From the NCBI GenBank assembly GCA_045630385.1, contig JAZQTA010000009.1, positions 3,465 to 67,464 of the forward strand: a stretch of DNA of 64,000 nucleotides, in the 5' to 3' direction. Position numbers and translations under genes: made by a program. The DNA is from Eubacteriales bacterium. GTDB taxonomy: Bacteria > Bacillota > Clostridia > Oscillospirales > CAG-272. The notes below the pieces were generated by a model. The model saw only the letters and a program-made list of their open reading frames with translations. It was not told the DNA's origin and did no database searches. This document shows, piece by piece, positions 8,397 to 19,000 of the stretch (positions are counted from its first letter, which is position 1; the number at the start of each line of letters is the position of its first letter).

Positions 8397-9188
8397 TCAA
8401 TCTTTTGCGTTTTTCAAGAACGCAATCGTCTTCGGAGATTTCGGATTTTCCAATACCTCTTCGGGCGTTCCGAATTCCTCGATCACGCCGTCGGCCATAA
8501 AAATGACCTTGTCGGATACGCCCTTGGCAAATCCGATCTCATGCGTTACGATCACCATCGTGCGATCCGAATTCTTCAGCTCGCGGATCACCTTCAGCAC
8601 CTCGCCCGTAAGCTCGGGGTCCAAGGCGGACGTCGGCTCGTCAAAGCAGAGGATCTTCGGAGAAAGCATCAGGGCTCTCGCAATCGCAACGCGCTGTTGC
8701 TGACCGCCCGAAAGCTGATACGGATAGGAATCTCTTTTTTCGGCAAGACCTGTGACGCGGAGAATCTCTTCTGCGCGCGCATCGATCTCGGCGAAAATCG
8801 CTTTTTTATTCTGCTTAAAATCCGCGCGCTCCTTGGCGTGCAGCCTCGGTGCAAGCGTGAGATTTCCGATCACGCTGTACTGCGGAAAAAGATTGAACTG
8901 CTGGAACACAAGCCCCATCATTCTCTGCGCTTCCTTGTCAACCTCGGGCAAGCCCTCGGCATCCATACCGAACACGCGATGTCCGTCGATCCATATTTCG
9001 CCTTCATCCGGCGTTTCAAGGAAGTTCATCGAGCGAAGCAACGTCGTTTTACCGCCGCCCGACGAGCCGATGATGGAGAGCACCTCCCCTTTTTCAAGCG
9101 TGAGGTCAATGCCCTTGAGCACTTCGTTATTGCCAAAACGCTTTTTCAAGCCTTTGATTTCAAAAAATGCCATACGCCACCTCAACAC
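8397..9188 (-). CDS. amino-acid ABC transporter ATP-binding protein (GlnQ-like)
   Basis: Walker A GSSGGGKTT, signature LSGGQQQRVAIARAL, Walker B ILCFDEPTSALD. The start could instead be ATG 9173 (MAFFEIKGL). Confidence 0.93.
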   Translation of the reverse strand: MLRWRMAFFEIKGLKKRFGNNEVLKGIDLTLEKGEVLSIIGSSGGGKTTLLRSMNFLETPDEGEIWIDGHRVFGMDAEGLPEVDKEAQRMMGLVFQQFNLFPQYSVIGNLTLAPRLHAKERADFKQNKKAIFAEIDARAEEILRVTGLAEKRDSYPYQLSGGQQQRVAIARALMLSPKILCFDEPTSALDPELTGEVLKVIRELKNSDRTMVIVTHEIGFAKGVSDKVIFMADGVIEEFGTPEEVLENPKSPKTIAFLKNAKD

Positions 9189-9838
9189 CTGATATAATCG
9201 AGCTTTTTCTCAATTTTGCTAAAGAGAACCGAAAGCAAGCCGTTAAAAATGAGATAGAAAACGCCCGCATAGAACAGCGGCCAAAGGATTACCTCGGCAT
9301 TTACGATCTGCTTTGCGATCGTGAATAGATCCACATGAACGATAACGCTCGCAAGCGCAGTATCCTTGACGAGAGTAATGATCTCGTTTGACATCGGCGG
9401 GATGACGCGCTTGACAACCTGAAGAAGAACTACATGTCGGAACACCTGCCACTTGGACATACCGAGAACCTGGCCGGCCTCATGCTGCCCCTTGGAAATA
9501 CTTTCGATGCCACCTCTGAATATTTCAGAAAAATAGCAAGCGTAATTGATGCAGAAGGCTACGCACACCATCAGCAGCTGCTCATTTATGGTACGAATAG
9601 GAATACCAAGCCAAAGTCCGGGGCCAAGCGCGAATATTATAATCTGAAGCATCAGCGGCGTGCCTCTAATAACCCACACAAAGCCCTTGGTTAAATAACT
9701 CAAGGGCTTGAATTTGGACATCGAACCAAAGGCGACAAGCAACCCCAGAGGGATTGCTGTCGCCAATGTCGCGCCAAATATTAGCAAAGTATAGACAAAG
9801 CCGTCTAAAAGTTCAGCAGTAATTTGCCAAAAAGTCAT
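9182..9838 (-). CDS. amino-acid ABC transporter permease (His/Glu/Gln/Arg/opine family)
   Basis: 218 aa with about 5 TM spans and an EAA-like loop (SKGQHEAGQVLGMSKWQVFRHVVLLQ). Lies between the SBP and ATPase genes. Confidence 0.9.
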   Translation of the reverse strand: MTFWQITAELLDGFVYTLLIFGATLATAIPLGLLVAFGSMSKFKPLSYLTKGFVWVIRGTPLMLQIIIFALGPGLWLGIPIRTINEQLLMVCVAFCINYACYFSEIFRGGIESISKGQHEAGQVLGMSKWQVFRHVVLLQVVKRVIPPMSNEIITLVKDTALASVIVHVDLFTIAKQIVNAEVILWPLFYAGVFYLIFNGLLSVLFSKIEKKLDYIRC

Positions 9839-9840
9839 TC

Positions 9841-10701
9841 TTATTCAGCCTCAGTCTCTACAACTACGCAGCTCATACCGGCAGAGCCGTCCTCTGCACC
9901 GATCAGAGCATCCTTCATATCTGCAGTGGTCTTGTAAAGATCCTTGTCTGCCTGACGGATGATCGCAACCTGCTTGTTGTTCATGTAAGGAATGGTGATT
10001 TCCATTGCTGCCTGGCGCTCTTCGGTAATGGTCATGCCGTTCCAGATGCAGTCAATGGTCTTTGCATCAAGCTTTGCTTCCTTGGTTGCCCATTCGATAA
10101 TCTGGAACTCAACCGCAACGCCAAGCTTCTCAGCGACCTTCTTCGCAAGCTCGATATCAAAGCCGATCAGCACACCGTTCTCCTCGTAAGCAATAGGAGC
10201 AAAGAGCGTGTAGCCTACAATAAATTTGCCCTGACCTACAATGTAATCCCAGTCAGCCTGCTCGGAAGCGGTGAGCTCAGCAACCGTTGCGTTCTTATCG
10301 ATGCAAACCTCGGATTTAACACCGTACTTGTCAGCAATCGTGTCAACCGTTCCATCCTTCGCAAGCTCGATGAGAGCAGCGTTAATCTTCTTTGCCAAAC
10401 CGCTTCCCTTACGGGCTGCAATACCGTACTGCTCGGTAGCAAGAACAAGATTCTCAACGATCATAAGAGAATTCGCATAGGTGGTATCCTTGCTCATATA
10501 ATAGCCGGCCATAACGCTATCCATAACACCGACATCAATAGACTTAGCATTGAGCTGGAGAAGAACGTCCATTTGGCTGTTTACAGGGGAGAAGTCCTTT
10601 CCGAATTTGGTTTCATACTTCGAGCCGCCGCAAGAAGTGAATGCGAGGCACGCGGAGCAAAGCATTGCTACGCAAAGAACGAGGGTGATGATCTTTTTCA
10701 T
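9841..10701 (-). CDS. amino-acid ABC transporter substrate-binding lipoprotein (SBP family 3)
   Basis: Lipobox MKKIITLVLCVAMLCSACLAFTSCGG. Two-lobed SBP_bac_3-like sequence (GVMDSVMAGYY, DCIWNGMTITEER). Confidence 0.85.
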   Translation of the reverse strand: MKKIITLVLCVAMLCSACLAFTSCGGSKYETKFGKDFSPVNSQMDVLLQLNAKSIDVGVMDSVMAGYYMSKDTTYANSLMIVENLVLATEQYGIAARKGSGLAKKINAALIELAKDGTVDTIADKYGVKSEVCIDKNATVAELTASEQADWDYIVGQGKFIVGYTLFAPIAYEENGVLIGFDIELAKKVAEKLGVAVEFQIIEWATKEAKLDAKTIDCIWNGMTITEERQAAMEITIPYMNNKQVAIIRQADKDLYKTTADMKDALIGAEDGSAGMSCVVVETEAE

Positions 10702-10890
10702 TTTAAAAAATCTCCTTTAGTGTTTTATCACTTTAATTTGTTAAAGCGTTATCATTATACCGCATTCTTCGCGGTTTGTCAATACTTTTTCGAGAGAAAT
10801 TTTATTTTTTATAAAAAAAAGAAGAAAACGCGCTCTGCGGTCACAAGTAAAGCTCACGCAAGGCACGTTCCTATATATAGATAAATGAAG

Positions 10891-11361
10891 TTAAACCGCT
10901 CCGTAAAGGTTATAGATCGGAATTCCCTTTTGCGCGGCGAAGCGCTTGGTTTGCGCAGAGCCTCCGTTCTGGCGGCAAACGTAGCAGATCAGCATATCCG
11001 CGCGATCGATCAGGGCGCGGTTGCGCCGTTCCATGCATCCGCGCTCGTATTCCTCGGAAAGCACGATCGACTCGTCTGCCTCAGATAATACGTAGTTATA
11101 AGCGGCGCGCTGCATCGGCGTCCATTTTGCGGTTTGATTGGCGCAAGGAAGCATGAGGACGAGGCGCACGTCCGGATGGCTGACGCGAAAAAGGATCACC
11201 GCCTTGGCGGCATAGGTATCAAAGCCGATCGCTCCGCCGGTATAAAAGGTGCGGCAGCCCTGCTCGTACGCATAACGGATGGCACGCGCAAGAAGATCTC
11301 TGATCGCCGCCCCGCTTGAAGGCGGAATGGCGCGATGGCCGCTGAAGGCACAGCTTTCCAC
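10891..11361 (-). CDS. SLOG-fold DUF1273 (YpsA-like) protein
   Basis: 156 aa. N-terminal C-x-F-S-G-H-R motif, then GC..FYTGGAIGFD and a C-terminal RNRALIDRADMLICYV pattern typical of DUF1273. Confidence 0.65.
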   Translation of the reverse strand: MESCAFSGHRAIPPSSGAAIRDLLARAIRYAYEQGCRTFYTGGAIGFDTYAAKAVILFRVSHPDVRLVLMLPCANQTAKWTPMQRAAYNYVLSEADESIVLSEEYERGCMERRNRALIDRADMLICYVCRQNGGSAQTKRFAAQKGIPIYNLYGAV

Positions 11362-11450
11362 GGTCTCTCTCCTCTCAAAAATACTTTTTATTGCAAAAGA
11401 GCGGCTGCCGCAAAAGCGCGGCAGCCAAAACGGATTTCGTATGTAAGAGA

Positions 11451-12806
11451 TCAGGCTTCGAGATCCTCCGCATCGCGATCCTGCTTGCGGTCTTCCTTCT
11501 TTTCCTTTGCTCTCTCTTCCTTTTCGTTCTTCTCTTCCTCGGGCGGCGTTACCACCACGGTCAGGCGCTCGACCACGTTTTCGCCCATTTCGGTGACGAT
11601 GACGTAAAGACTCTTATAGCTGAAGCTATCGCCCTCGTGCACGTCCTCCTCAAGCATTTCAACGGCCCAGCCGCCCATCGTGGTATACTCGCTCTCAAAT
11701 TCGCGATCCTTGAAATCGATCTCGTCAAAAAATTCCTCAATATTGGTCTGACCAAGGACGGAATACGTGTTTTCCGCCGTTTTCTCGATCTCAAGCTCGA
11801 TAATATCGCTCTCGTCCCAGATATCGCCGACGATCTCCTCGAGGATATCCTCCATCGTGACGATTCCGAGCGTGCCGCCGTATTCATCCAGCACCACGAT
11901 CATGTGCACCTTCATCTCACGCATCTTCTCCATGGCATCGGGAAGCTTCGTGGTTTTATGCACGTAGCAGGTCTCTCGGACGTAATCCGCGGGACTTACG
12001 TTTGCAACGCCAAGCTCGGCAACCGCCTTCAAAAACGGCGCGATATAGAATACGCCCTCAATATGGTCGAGAGAATCCTTGTAGTAGGGGAATCTGGAGT
12101 ATCTCGCGGTCATGACCTCGGACAGAATGATCTCGGGGGCATCCTCGCAGTCGATACCCTGCACGTCGATACGGGGCGTGAGGATCTGCTCCACGGTGAT
12201 ATCCGAAAATTCCAGCGCAGACTGCAAAAGCTCTCCGCTATCCTCGTCGATAACGCCCTCCTCCTCGACCGTTTCAATGATCGTGGCAAGCTCTTCCTCC
12301 GTGACGAGGGGCTTATCCTCCTCATCCTCCTTTTTCCAGAGGCGGGAAACCGCGCGGACAAACGCCATGACGAGCGCGGTCAAGGGATAAAAGATCACCA
12401 TGAGCGTACGAAGCGCGTACGAGGTAACGCATGCATACGGCAGAGCGAGGCTCTTGCCGAGAAGCTTCGGGATGATCTCGCCGAAAATCAAAAGCACAAC
12501 CGTGGAAACCAAGGTGGAAACCACGCCGACGATCGCTTCGTTTTCTTCTCCGAGCAGGTTCAAGGTAATGATCGTGGACAGCGAGGAAAGCACGATGTTC
12601 ACAACGTTATTACCGATCAGGATCGTCGTTAACGCCTCGGGATAACGCGTCTCGATCTTTTCCGCAACGCGCGCGCCCTTATTTCCATCCTCCGCCAATT
12701 TCTGCAGGCGCATACGGTTGAGAGAAGAGAGCGCGATCTCCACGGAGGAGAAGAATGCTGAGAAAACGATCAGCACAGCGCAGGCAATCAAATACTTCGT
12801 TATCAT
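11451..12806 (-). CDS. CNNM/hemolysin-family protein (DUF21-CBS pair-CorC_HlyC)
   Basis: 451 aa. N-terminal 4-TM DUF21 (FFSSVEIALSSLN), a CBS pair and a CorC C-terminal domain, plus an acidic/Lys-rich tail. Confidence 0.88.
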   Translation of the reverse strand: MITKYLIACAVLIVFSAFFSSVEIALSSLNRMRLQKLAEDGNKGARVAEKIETRYPEALTTILIGNNVVNIVLSSLSTIITLNLLGEENEAIVGVVSTLVSTVVLLIFGEIIPKLLGKSLALPYACVTSYALRTLMVIFYPLTALVMAFVRAVSRLWKKEDEEDKPLVTEEELATIIETVEEEGVIDEDSGELLQSALEFSDITVEQILTPRIDVQGIDCEDAPEIILSEVMTARYSRFPYYKDSLDHIEGVFYIAPFLKAVAELGVANVSPADYVRETCYVHKTTKLPDAMEKMREMKVHMIVVLDEYGGTLGIVTMEDILEEIVGDIWDESDIIELEIEKTAENTYSVLGQTNIEEFFDEIDFKDREFESEYTTMGGWAVEMLEEDVHEGDSFSYKSLYVIVTEMGENVVERLTVVVTPPEEEKNEKEERAKEKKEDRKQDRDAEDLEA

Positions 12807-14203
12807 TTTTCCACCTCCTCATCGGTTGCGGACGCATCATCCGCCGCATCCTCTTCGGGCAGGTCGATCTCGGGATCGGCCAGCTTCACGGTGGCATACA
12901 GAACGCGGTTCTGCTCAATTTCATCAATCTCCACCGTCAGATCACCGACGGTAAAGCTATCCTCCTCCTCGGGAAGGCGGCCGAGCCTTTCGAGGATCCA
13001 GGTGCTGACGGGCTTATGCGGCGCAGTTCCCTGCGGAACGGCAAGGCCGATGCGGGTATACATTTCGCTGAGCGAAAGGCGGCCGCAAACGCGGAAATAG
13101 TTTCCGCCGAGCTTCACGAAATCATCGTCCACCACATCCTGCTCATCGTAGATCTCTCCGACGATCTCCTCGATGAAGTCTTCAATGGTAACGATACCGA
13201 TGATCGAGGTGCCCGCGCGGTCATGCACAAGTGCCATAGACTGGCGCTTGCCGCTCATCTCTTCCTTCAAATCATCAATGGAAGCATCTAAGGTTGTAAA
13301 GTACGGTTTACGAATCAGCCGAGAAACGCGAACGTTTCTATCGGCGATATAGGCCTTCAAGTAGTCGTTTACGATCAAGATTCCGATGCATTTATCCAGA
13401 CTGCCGCGGCATACGGGAAGACGAGAAAACTTCGTATGCTTAACGATATCGAAGATCGCCTCTCGCGGAAGCGAGATATCGAGCCACTGCACGTCAGCCT
13501 TCACGGTCAGAATATCCGCAACGCGGGTCTTCGAAAACTCCAATGCGGACTGCAAAAGCTCGCTCTGCTCCTCGTCCAAAACACCGTCCTCCTCCGAGGT
13601 TTCGATGATGGTGGAAAGCTCCTCCTCCGTCACCGTCGGCTCTTCCTTCACGACGACGATCTTATTCAAGAGCTTGGAAATTCCAAGGAAAATGATCGTG
13701 ATCGGATAAAGAACGTATTTGATGCCGCGAAGCGAGGGAGCGGCGGACATCGCCCAGCGCTCGGGCATATCCTTTGCGAAGTTTTTCGGAACGGTTTCCG
13801 CGAAGATAAACACCACGACCGTGGTGATTGCCGTGGCAACGGTGGTCACAACGCTTTCCGCTACGGAAACGCCGCGCTCGCGAAGAGCAACGAAAACGTG
13901 CCCCGAAAAAATGGTGGCAACCGCGGCGGCGCCGCAGTTCACAAGATTATTGCCCACCAGAAGCGTCGTCAGATACAGGTCATACTTCTCGCGAATCTTC
14001 AGCGCGAGGTCTGCCCTGCGGTTCTCTTCTTCTTTATAGCTCAAAAGCTTGATCTTGCTCACCGAAGAAAAAGCCATTTCGGTGGCGGAAAAATAGGCGC
14101 TTGCTATCAAAAGCAAAACGTACACGGCGATAAGTAGCCAACTACTCGGGTCCATGGAAAAAAAACCACACTCCTCTGTTTTGATATAAGGTGTATAGAG
14201 CAC
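12803..14203 (-). CDS. CNNM/hemolysin-family protein (DUF21-CBS pair-CorC_HlyC), tandem paralog
   Basis: Same architecture (YFSATEMAFSSVS...). 4-bp overlap with the downstream paralog. The start is uncertain: GTG 14203 or ATG 14155 (MDPSSW), and neither has a well-spaced SD. Confidence 0.85.
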   Translation of the reverse strand: MLYTPYIKTEECGFFSMDPSSWLLIAVYVLLLIASAYFSATEMAFSSVSKIKLLSYKEEENRRADLALKIREKYDLYLTTLLVGNNLVNCGAAAVATIFSGHVFVALRERGVSVAESVVTTVATAITTVVVFIFAETVPKNFAKDMPERWAMSAAPSLRGIKYVLYPITIIFLGISKLLNKIVVVKEEPTVTEEELSTIIETSEEDGVLDEEQSELLQSALEFSKTRVADILTVKADVQWLDISLPREAIFDIVKHTKFSRLPVCRGSLDKCIGILIVNDYLKAYIADRNVRVSRLIRKPYFTTLDASIDDLKEEMSGKRQSMALVHDRAGTSIIGIVTIEDFIEEIVGEIYDEQDVVDDDFVKLGGNYFRVCGRLSLSEMYTRIGLAVPQGTAPHKPVSTWILERLGRLPEEEDSFTVGDLTVEIDEIEQNRVLYATVKLADPEIDLPEEDAADDASATDEEVEK

Positions 14204-14270
14204 ACCAATTATATATTATATAGTATATAAGGAAAAAAGTCAAGAGGTGGCGTGTTTTTCCTTCCTTTAT

Positions 14271-15818
14271 TTATAGATTTTCGGTCAAAAATCGGCATTT
14301 TCGGCCTTTGCCCACGCTTTTGCGCGCAAAAAGCGCATCGGAAATCACAGAAAAAAGCGTACTGCACGCAACGAAGGAGCAGACAAAGAAGAGGATCTTC
14401 AACAGCATCCACGGCAGAGTGGTCACCGTTCCGTTCATCGAAAACAGGCGACGCGAGGCAAACGCGGAAAGCGCGGCGCTGATCAAGGGCGGCGCTGACG
14501 CCGTGAGAATAGGAATGCGGAATCGGATCGAGCGGCGCAGGCGGCGAAGCGAAAGAAGAAAATTATAAAGCTCCATCACGATGATCATCACGGCGTATCC
14601 CCATACCCCAAGCACCGGAAGAAGAAACCAAACGAGCAGAACCGAAAGAAGCGAATCGGTGATATTGATCCACATGGAAGCCACCTGCTCACCGATGCCC
14701 TTCAGCATCTGATCGGTCACGTGATCCAGATACATGATCGGAACGACCGGCGCGAGCATGGCAATATAGCGCCCCGCCTCCGCGCTGTGATAAAAAAGAT
14801 TTCCGAGCTCCTCTGAAAACAGCAGGAGAAGCGCCGCCGTGGCGATCCCGTAGCGAAGCGCCGCAAGAAAGGATTTTTGGCACATGCGCTCCATGCGCGC
14901 ACCGTCGCCATTCGCCTTCGCCTCCGCAAATTCCGGTACCAAAAGGCTCGCAAAGGAGGTCAGAAGCGCCATAGGATACAAAACGAGCGGCAGAGCCATG
15001 CCGTGCAGAATGCCGTAGGATGCGAGCGAATCCGACGCGCTCTGCCCGTAAAGGCGCAGGCGCTTGGGGATCAGAATATGCTCGGCGGTGAGAAGCGCCG
15101 AGCGCAGATAGGCAGATACCGCCAGCGGCAACGCCACGCGGCACACGGGAAGAAACGCTTCCCCCCCGTCCCCCTTTTCTTTTTTGCGGCGCGACAAAAG
15201 GAATTGAAGCCAAGCAAGCGCGAACGCGAAAAGATCGGTCAGCACCGCCGTTACGGCGAGAATGATGCATGAGGCGGCAATATTTTCATGATCGGCGCGC
15301 GACAGCAAAACGACCGTGAGCAGAAGCCGAAGCAGCTGCGAGCCGACTTGCACGCCCGCATTGTTTGCTACGCGGCGGATGCCGACGAAATAACCGATGA
15401 ACACGGAAAGAAGCGCTTCCGGGAGAAGCGAAAGCGCAAGAATGCGAAGCGGAAGCACGGTGCGCGCATCCGCGAGAAAATACGCGCCGAAGAAGGGCGC
15501 GAATAAAAACAGCACCGCCGAGGAAACGCCGCCGAAAAGCAACGCGTACAGCGTTCCCGCGCGCAAAACCGAGCCGACGGCGCGATCCCCCTTGCCGAGC
15601 GCGGCGGCCACAAGATTCGTCATCGCAAGGGAAACGCCCGAGGTGGCAAAGGTCAAGGCAAAGCCGTAGACCGTCATGATCAGCGTGTAAAGCCCCACCC
15701 CCTCTGCGCCGACCGCCCCCGAGACGAACGAGGATGCGAAAAGTCCCACGCCGCGCATCGAAAGTGCCACCAGCGTCAGCAGTATTCCGTTTTTAAAAAA
15801 TCTCTTCTTGTCGCTCAT
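14271..15818 (-). CDS. MOP-superfamily flippase (SpoVB/MurJ-like polysaccharide biosynthesis protein)
   Basis: The ORF track extends to 15953, but I prefer ATG 15818 (MSDKKRFFKNGILLTL...). About 14 TM spans. The N-terminal pattern G..LL....L..R..G..... G.EG.GLY resembles SpoVB/YtgP. Confidence 0.75.
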   Translation of the reverse strand: MSDKKRFFKNGILLTLVALSMRGVGLFASSFVSGAVGAEGVGLYTLIMTVYGFALTFATSGVSLAMTNLVAAALGKGDRAVGSVLRAGTLYALLFGGVSSAVLFLFAPFFGAYFLADARTVLPLRILALSLLPEALLSVFIGYFVGIRRVANNAGVQVGSQLLRLLLTVVLLSRADHENIAASCIILAVTAVLTDLFAFALAWLQFLLSRRKKEKGDGGEAFLPVCRVALPLAVSAYLRSALLTAEHILIPKRLRLYGQSASDSLASYGILHGMALPLVLYPMALLTSFASLLVPEFAEAKANGDGARMERMCQKSFLAALRYGIATAALLLLFSEELGNLFYHSAEAGRYIAMLAPVVPIMYLDHVTDQMLKGIGEQVASMWINITDSLLSVLLVWFLLPVLGVWGYAVMIIVMELYNFLLSLRRLRRSIRFRIPILTASAPPLISAALSAFASRRLFSMNGTVTTLPWMLLKILFFVCSFVACSTLFSVISDALFARKSVGKGRKCRFLTENL

Positions 15819-16019
15819 TTCCGTTTTCTCGGCAAATGCCTTCCCTTTCCTATTGCTTATCTTTTTTATTTTATGAAAGCCTCGGCTTGTCTTATGAAAA
15901 CGAAAATATTTTCTAACAAAGCAAACAAAAAGCGAGAACAAACGCACCGCCAAATCTCAATATTTTTTCTCGAAAATAACGTTATATGAAAACAATTATT
16001 TTCTTTTTTGCAAAATGCC

Positions 16020-16052
16020 AAAAAAGAGGCCGCGAACAAAAGCCGCGGCCTC
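16020..16052 (-). terminator. terminator of the surface-protein operon
   Basis: GAGGCCGCG (16026-16034) / CGCGGCCTC (16044-16052). On the minus strand the hairpin is followed by TTTTTT (A-run 16020-16025). Confidence 0.75.
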
Positions 16053-16071
16053 CAAAAAACTATTCTATTTT

Positions 16072-19000
16072 TTATTTAGATCGACAATAAACCCATTCCT
16101 GAACATTGGATATATCACCACCATTGCTCATCGCAGTCTTCGATTCAAGATTATTCGTAACCTTCTGATATGTGTATACTTTTTCATAATCAACATAACT
16201 ACTCAAATTGCACTCAAATCTAAAGAATCTCGATGTTCCCATACCGTCCTTCGTACTCGTGCTTTTAGGCAAAATACTATGGCAATTATAACCCATAATA
16301 CCCTTGTCATAACAATAGTCTTTATCCACAGCAGGGCAATTTACGGTAGACTTTATCGCATAGAAGTATATATACGCGCGACCATTAAAGGTGCCTTTTA
16401 CATTCGAAATCGCTCTATTGGTACCTTGTGCATATGCCACATTATACATCCAATGCCAGTAAATCCAACCGTCTCGGCTATTAGTTACAACTCGCTTGGT
16501 GCTTCCGTTATCATATCCTTCGTATGGAGCCTTAGCAAATTCTTTATAATACTTGTTCGCGGTATCATATCCCGTCGGGAAAGATGCATAATTTATGGAG
16601 CCGGATCCGGTTTCTCTCCACGTTTCATTGATTTTCGTCCATCCGGACATGGATGCATTGGTAGATTCGGTTGTTTCAGTCTTCGTATACGTCCACTTTC
16701 TATCAACGACCTGTGCTCCGGAGGGAATCTCCGATGCTTTTACCCAAACCGCAGCTTTTTGTTCCCAACGTGCAGTAATTGTCAGATTCGCTGCAGATCC
16801 GGGCTTGGTGGAAGCAGAAACAGCATTTCCATTCGCATCATACCAACCAAGGAAATTATGATAATCTCGCTTGGGCGTAGGCAACGTGCCAAGAGTATCA
16901 CCAAAGGTGAGCGTCTTAGTTCCGGGCGAAACCGTTCCGCCATTCGCATTGTAGGTAAGTGTGAATTTCTTGGGAGTCCAGCTTGCATATACTGTAAGAT
17001 TGGTTGCAGAGCTCGGCACAGTAGATGCCGAAACCGCCGTCCCGTTCGAAAGCTTCCATCCCGCAAAATCATAATTTGCTTTCGTGGGTGTCGGCAATGT
17101 TCCAAGACTATCGCCAAAGGTAAGAGTTTTAGACCCGGGAGAAACAGAACCACCTTTCGCATCGTAGGTCAGCGTAAACGTCTTGGGAGTCCAGTTTGCA
17201 TAAATCGTAAAGTTAGCGGCAGTGCCAGGCTTCGAAGATGCATTTACTGCTGTTCCATCCGAGAGGCGCCAACCTGCAAAATTATAGTTAGCACGCGTAG
17301 GTGTAGGCAACGTGCCCAATGCATCTCCAAAGGTCAAGGTTTTAGAAGAAGGAGATACCGAACCACCATTTGCATCGTAGGTTACGGTAAACGTTTTAGG
17401 CGTCCAATGTGCATACAATGTTTGATTTGCAAGTGCGGTTACAAACGTTTCTGCAGTTATCTGCGTACCGCCACTTGCCGCCGTATACCATCCGGCGAAA
17501 TTATAATTTGCTCTCGTGGGAGTCGGAAGCGCACCGAATGCTTGATTGTAGTATACGGTTTTTGAAGTCTCGGATACACTGCCTCCATTCGCATTGAACG
17601 TAACGGTGCTGGAGGTCAGCATGTTATTGAAGGTTGCCTCATCAATCTGCTGAACGCCCTTCGATGCCGTCAGCATACCATCGTTCACAGCAGATCCGCA
17701 AAGGTAATATTTACCGGTTACTTTCAGATATCCGGCAACCCCTGCATCCAATTTTCCAAAGGTCACGTTTTTGCTGATAACCGTGTTTTCGCTTTTGGAG
17801 CTTAAAATAATTTCTCCATACAACTTAACCTGCGTATTGGCCGCCTTCATGATAATCGCAAAGCCGGGGGCGTTTTCCACCGTTACGCGCGCAAGCTTTA
17901 CAGTCGCAGAAGCGAATTCCAACGGCGTATCCACATTACCAACAAGCTTCATGTTGCTGATGAAGGTTTCTGCCGCATCGGATTTAATGCTGAGATTTGT
18001 GAACGTCTTTCCTCCGCCGAACAAAGCAAAATATTCCGTAGAATCAGAAATAACGATCTTCTCACCATCGAAGGAATCCGTCATTTTGGTCAAATCCAAG
18101 GTGATTCTCTTTGCACCGGAATTCAAGATCGCCTTTGCAACTTCCTCATTTTTTGCCATAGCACTGATTTCCGCACAGCCCGCAAAAGCGGTGGTTCCGA
18201 TACTTTCCACAATGTTATCAATTGAAAAAGCCTTCAGCGAAGTGCACCCCTTAAACGCATTATCGCCAATGTGCGTTACACCGTATGCAACCACGCTCTC
18301 GAGATTTGTGCACCCCTCAAAGGCGTTGGCAGGAATTTCGGTGATATAAAGAGGCAAAATCACAGTTTTGATCTCGGTGTTTCCGCGGAAAGCGTTTGCG
18401 CTGATTGCCTTAGTCTGATATGCAGAATAAGTGTTATCTCCGTTGTTTACCGAATAGTACTGCGGAATAGATACTACGCCATCAAAGCCTTCGGGTGCAT
18501 CAAAACCGGTAATCGTGCCATCCAAATTCACTTCAAGGCCTTCCGTTCTACCGGTTACACCAACGATATACTCATTTACCTCATAAGGAATTTCAAACGA
18601 AACAACGCCGTTCTCACAATCGTTAAAGTTTGCGTTATCCTTGGAATAATCCAAATACTCATGTCGTTCGTCGTCAAGAACGCTAAACGAATACGTATAA
18701 TACGAACCCGTTGCAACGTCATATCCAACCACGCCATATACATGAACGGTTCCCGCCATTACAAGACGGTAATAACCTTCCGCATCTGCAGTATACTTTT
18801 TGCTCCATGATTTTTTCTCCGAGCTTCCTGCCGAATACTTTACGGAGGATTGATACTCGTTACGCTCGAGTTCCTCTTCATTGACGGATGCAGTCTTGCT
18901 GTTTTGCCCCCCCAGCGCTTCCGTCAAATTATAGCTGGTTTTTTTCAAAATCTCAGAAGAAATAGCGTTGGCAATCTGAGAATTTACACTTACCTCTTGG

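Noticed and set aside
16015-17565. 516-aa plus-strand ORF opposite the 3' end of the giant gene. Similar long shadow ORFs occur at 11391-12632, 35409-36410, 39310-40164, 43108-44850, 44908-45936, 47234-48664 and 60663-62675.
   Set aside because: Each lies antisense to a gene with strong family motifs. Translations are Arg/Gly/Ile-rich with repeat echoes of the sense strand, and no RBS is present. For 39310-40896 only the 3' part (40165-40896) is a real AraC gene.
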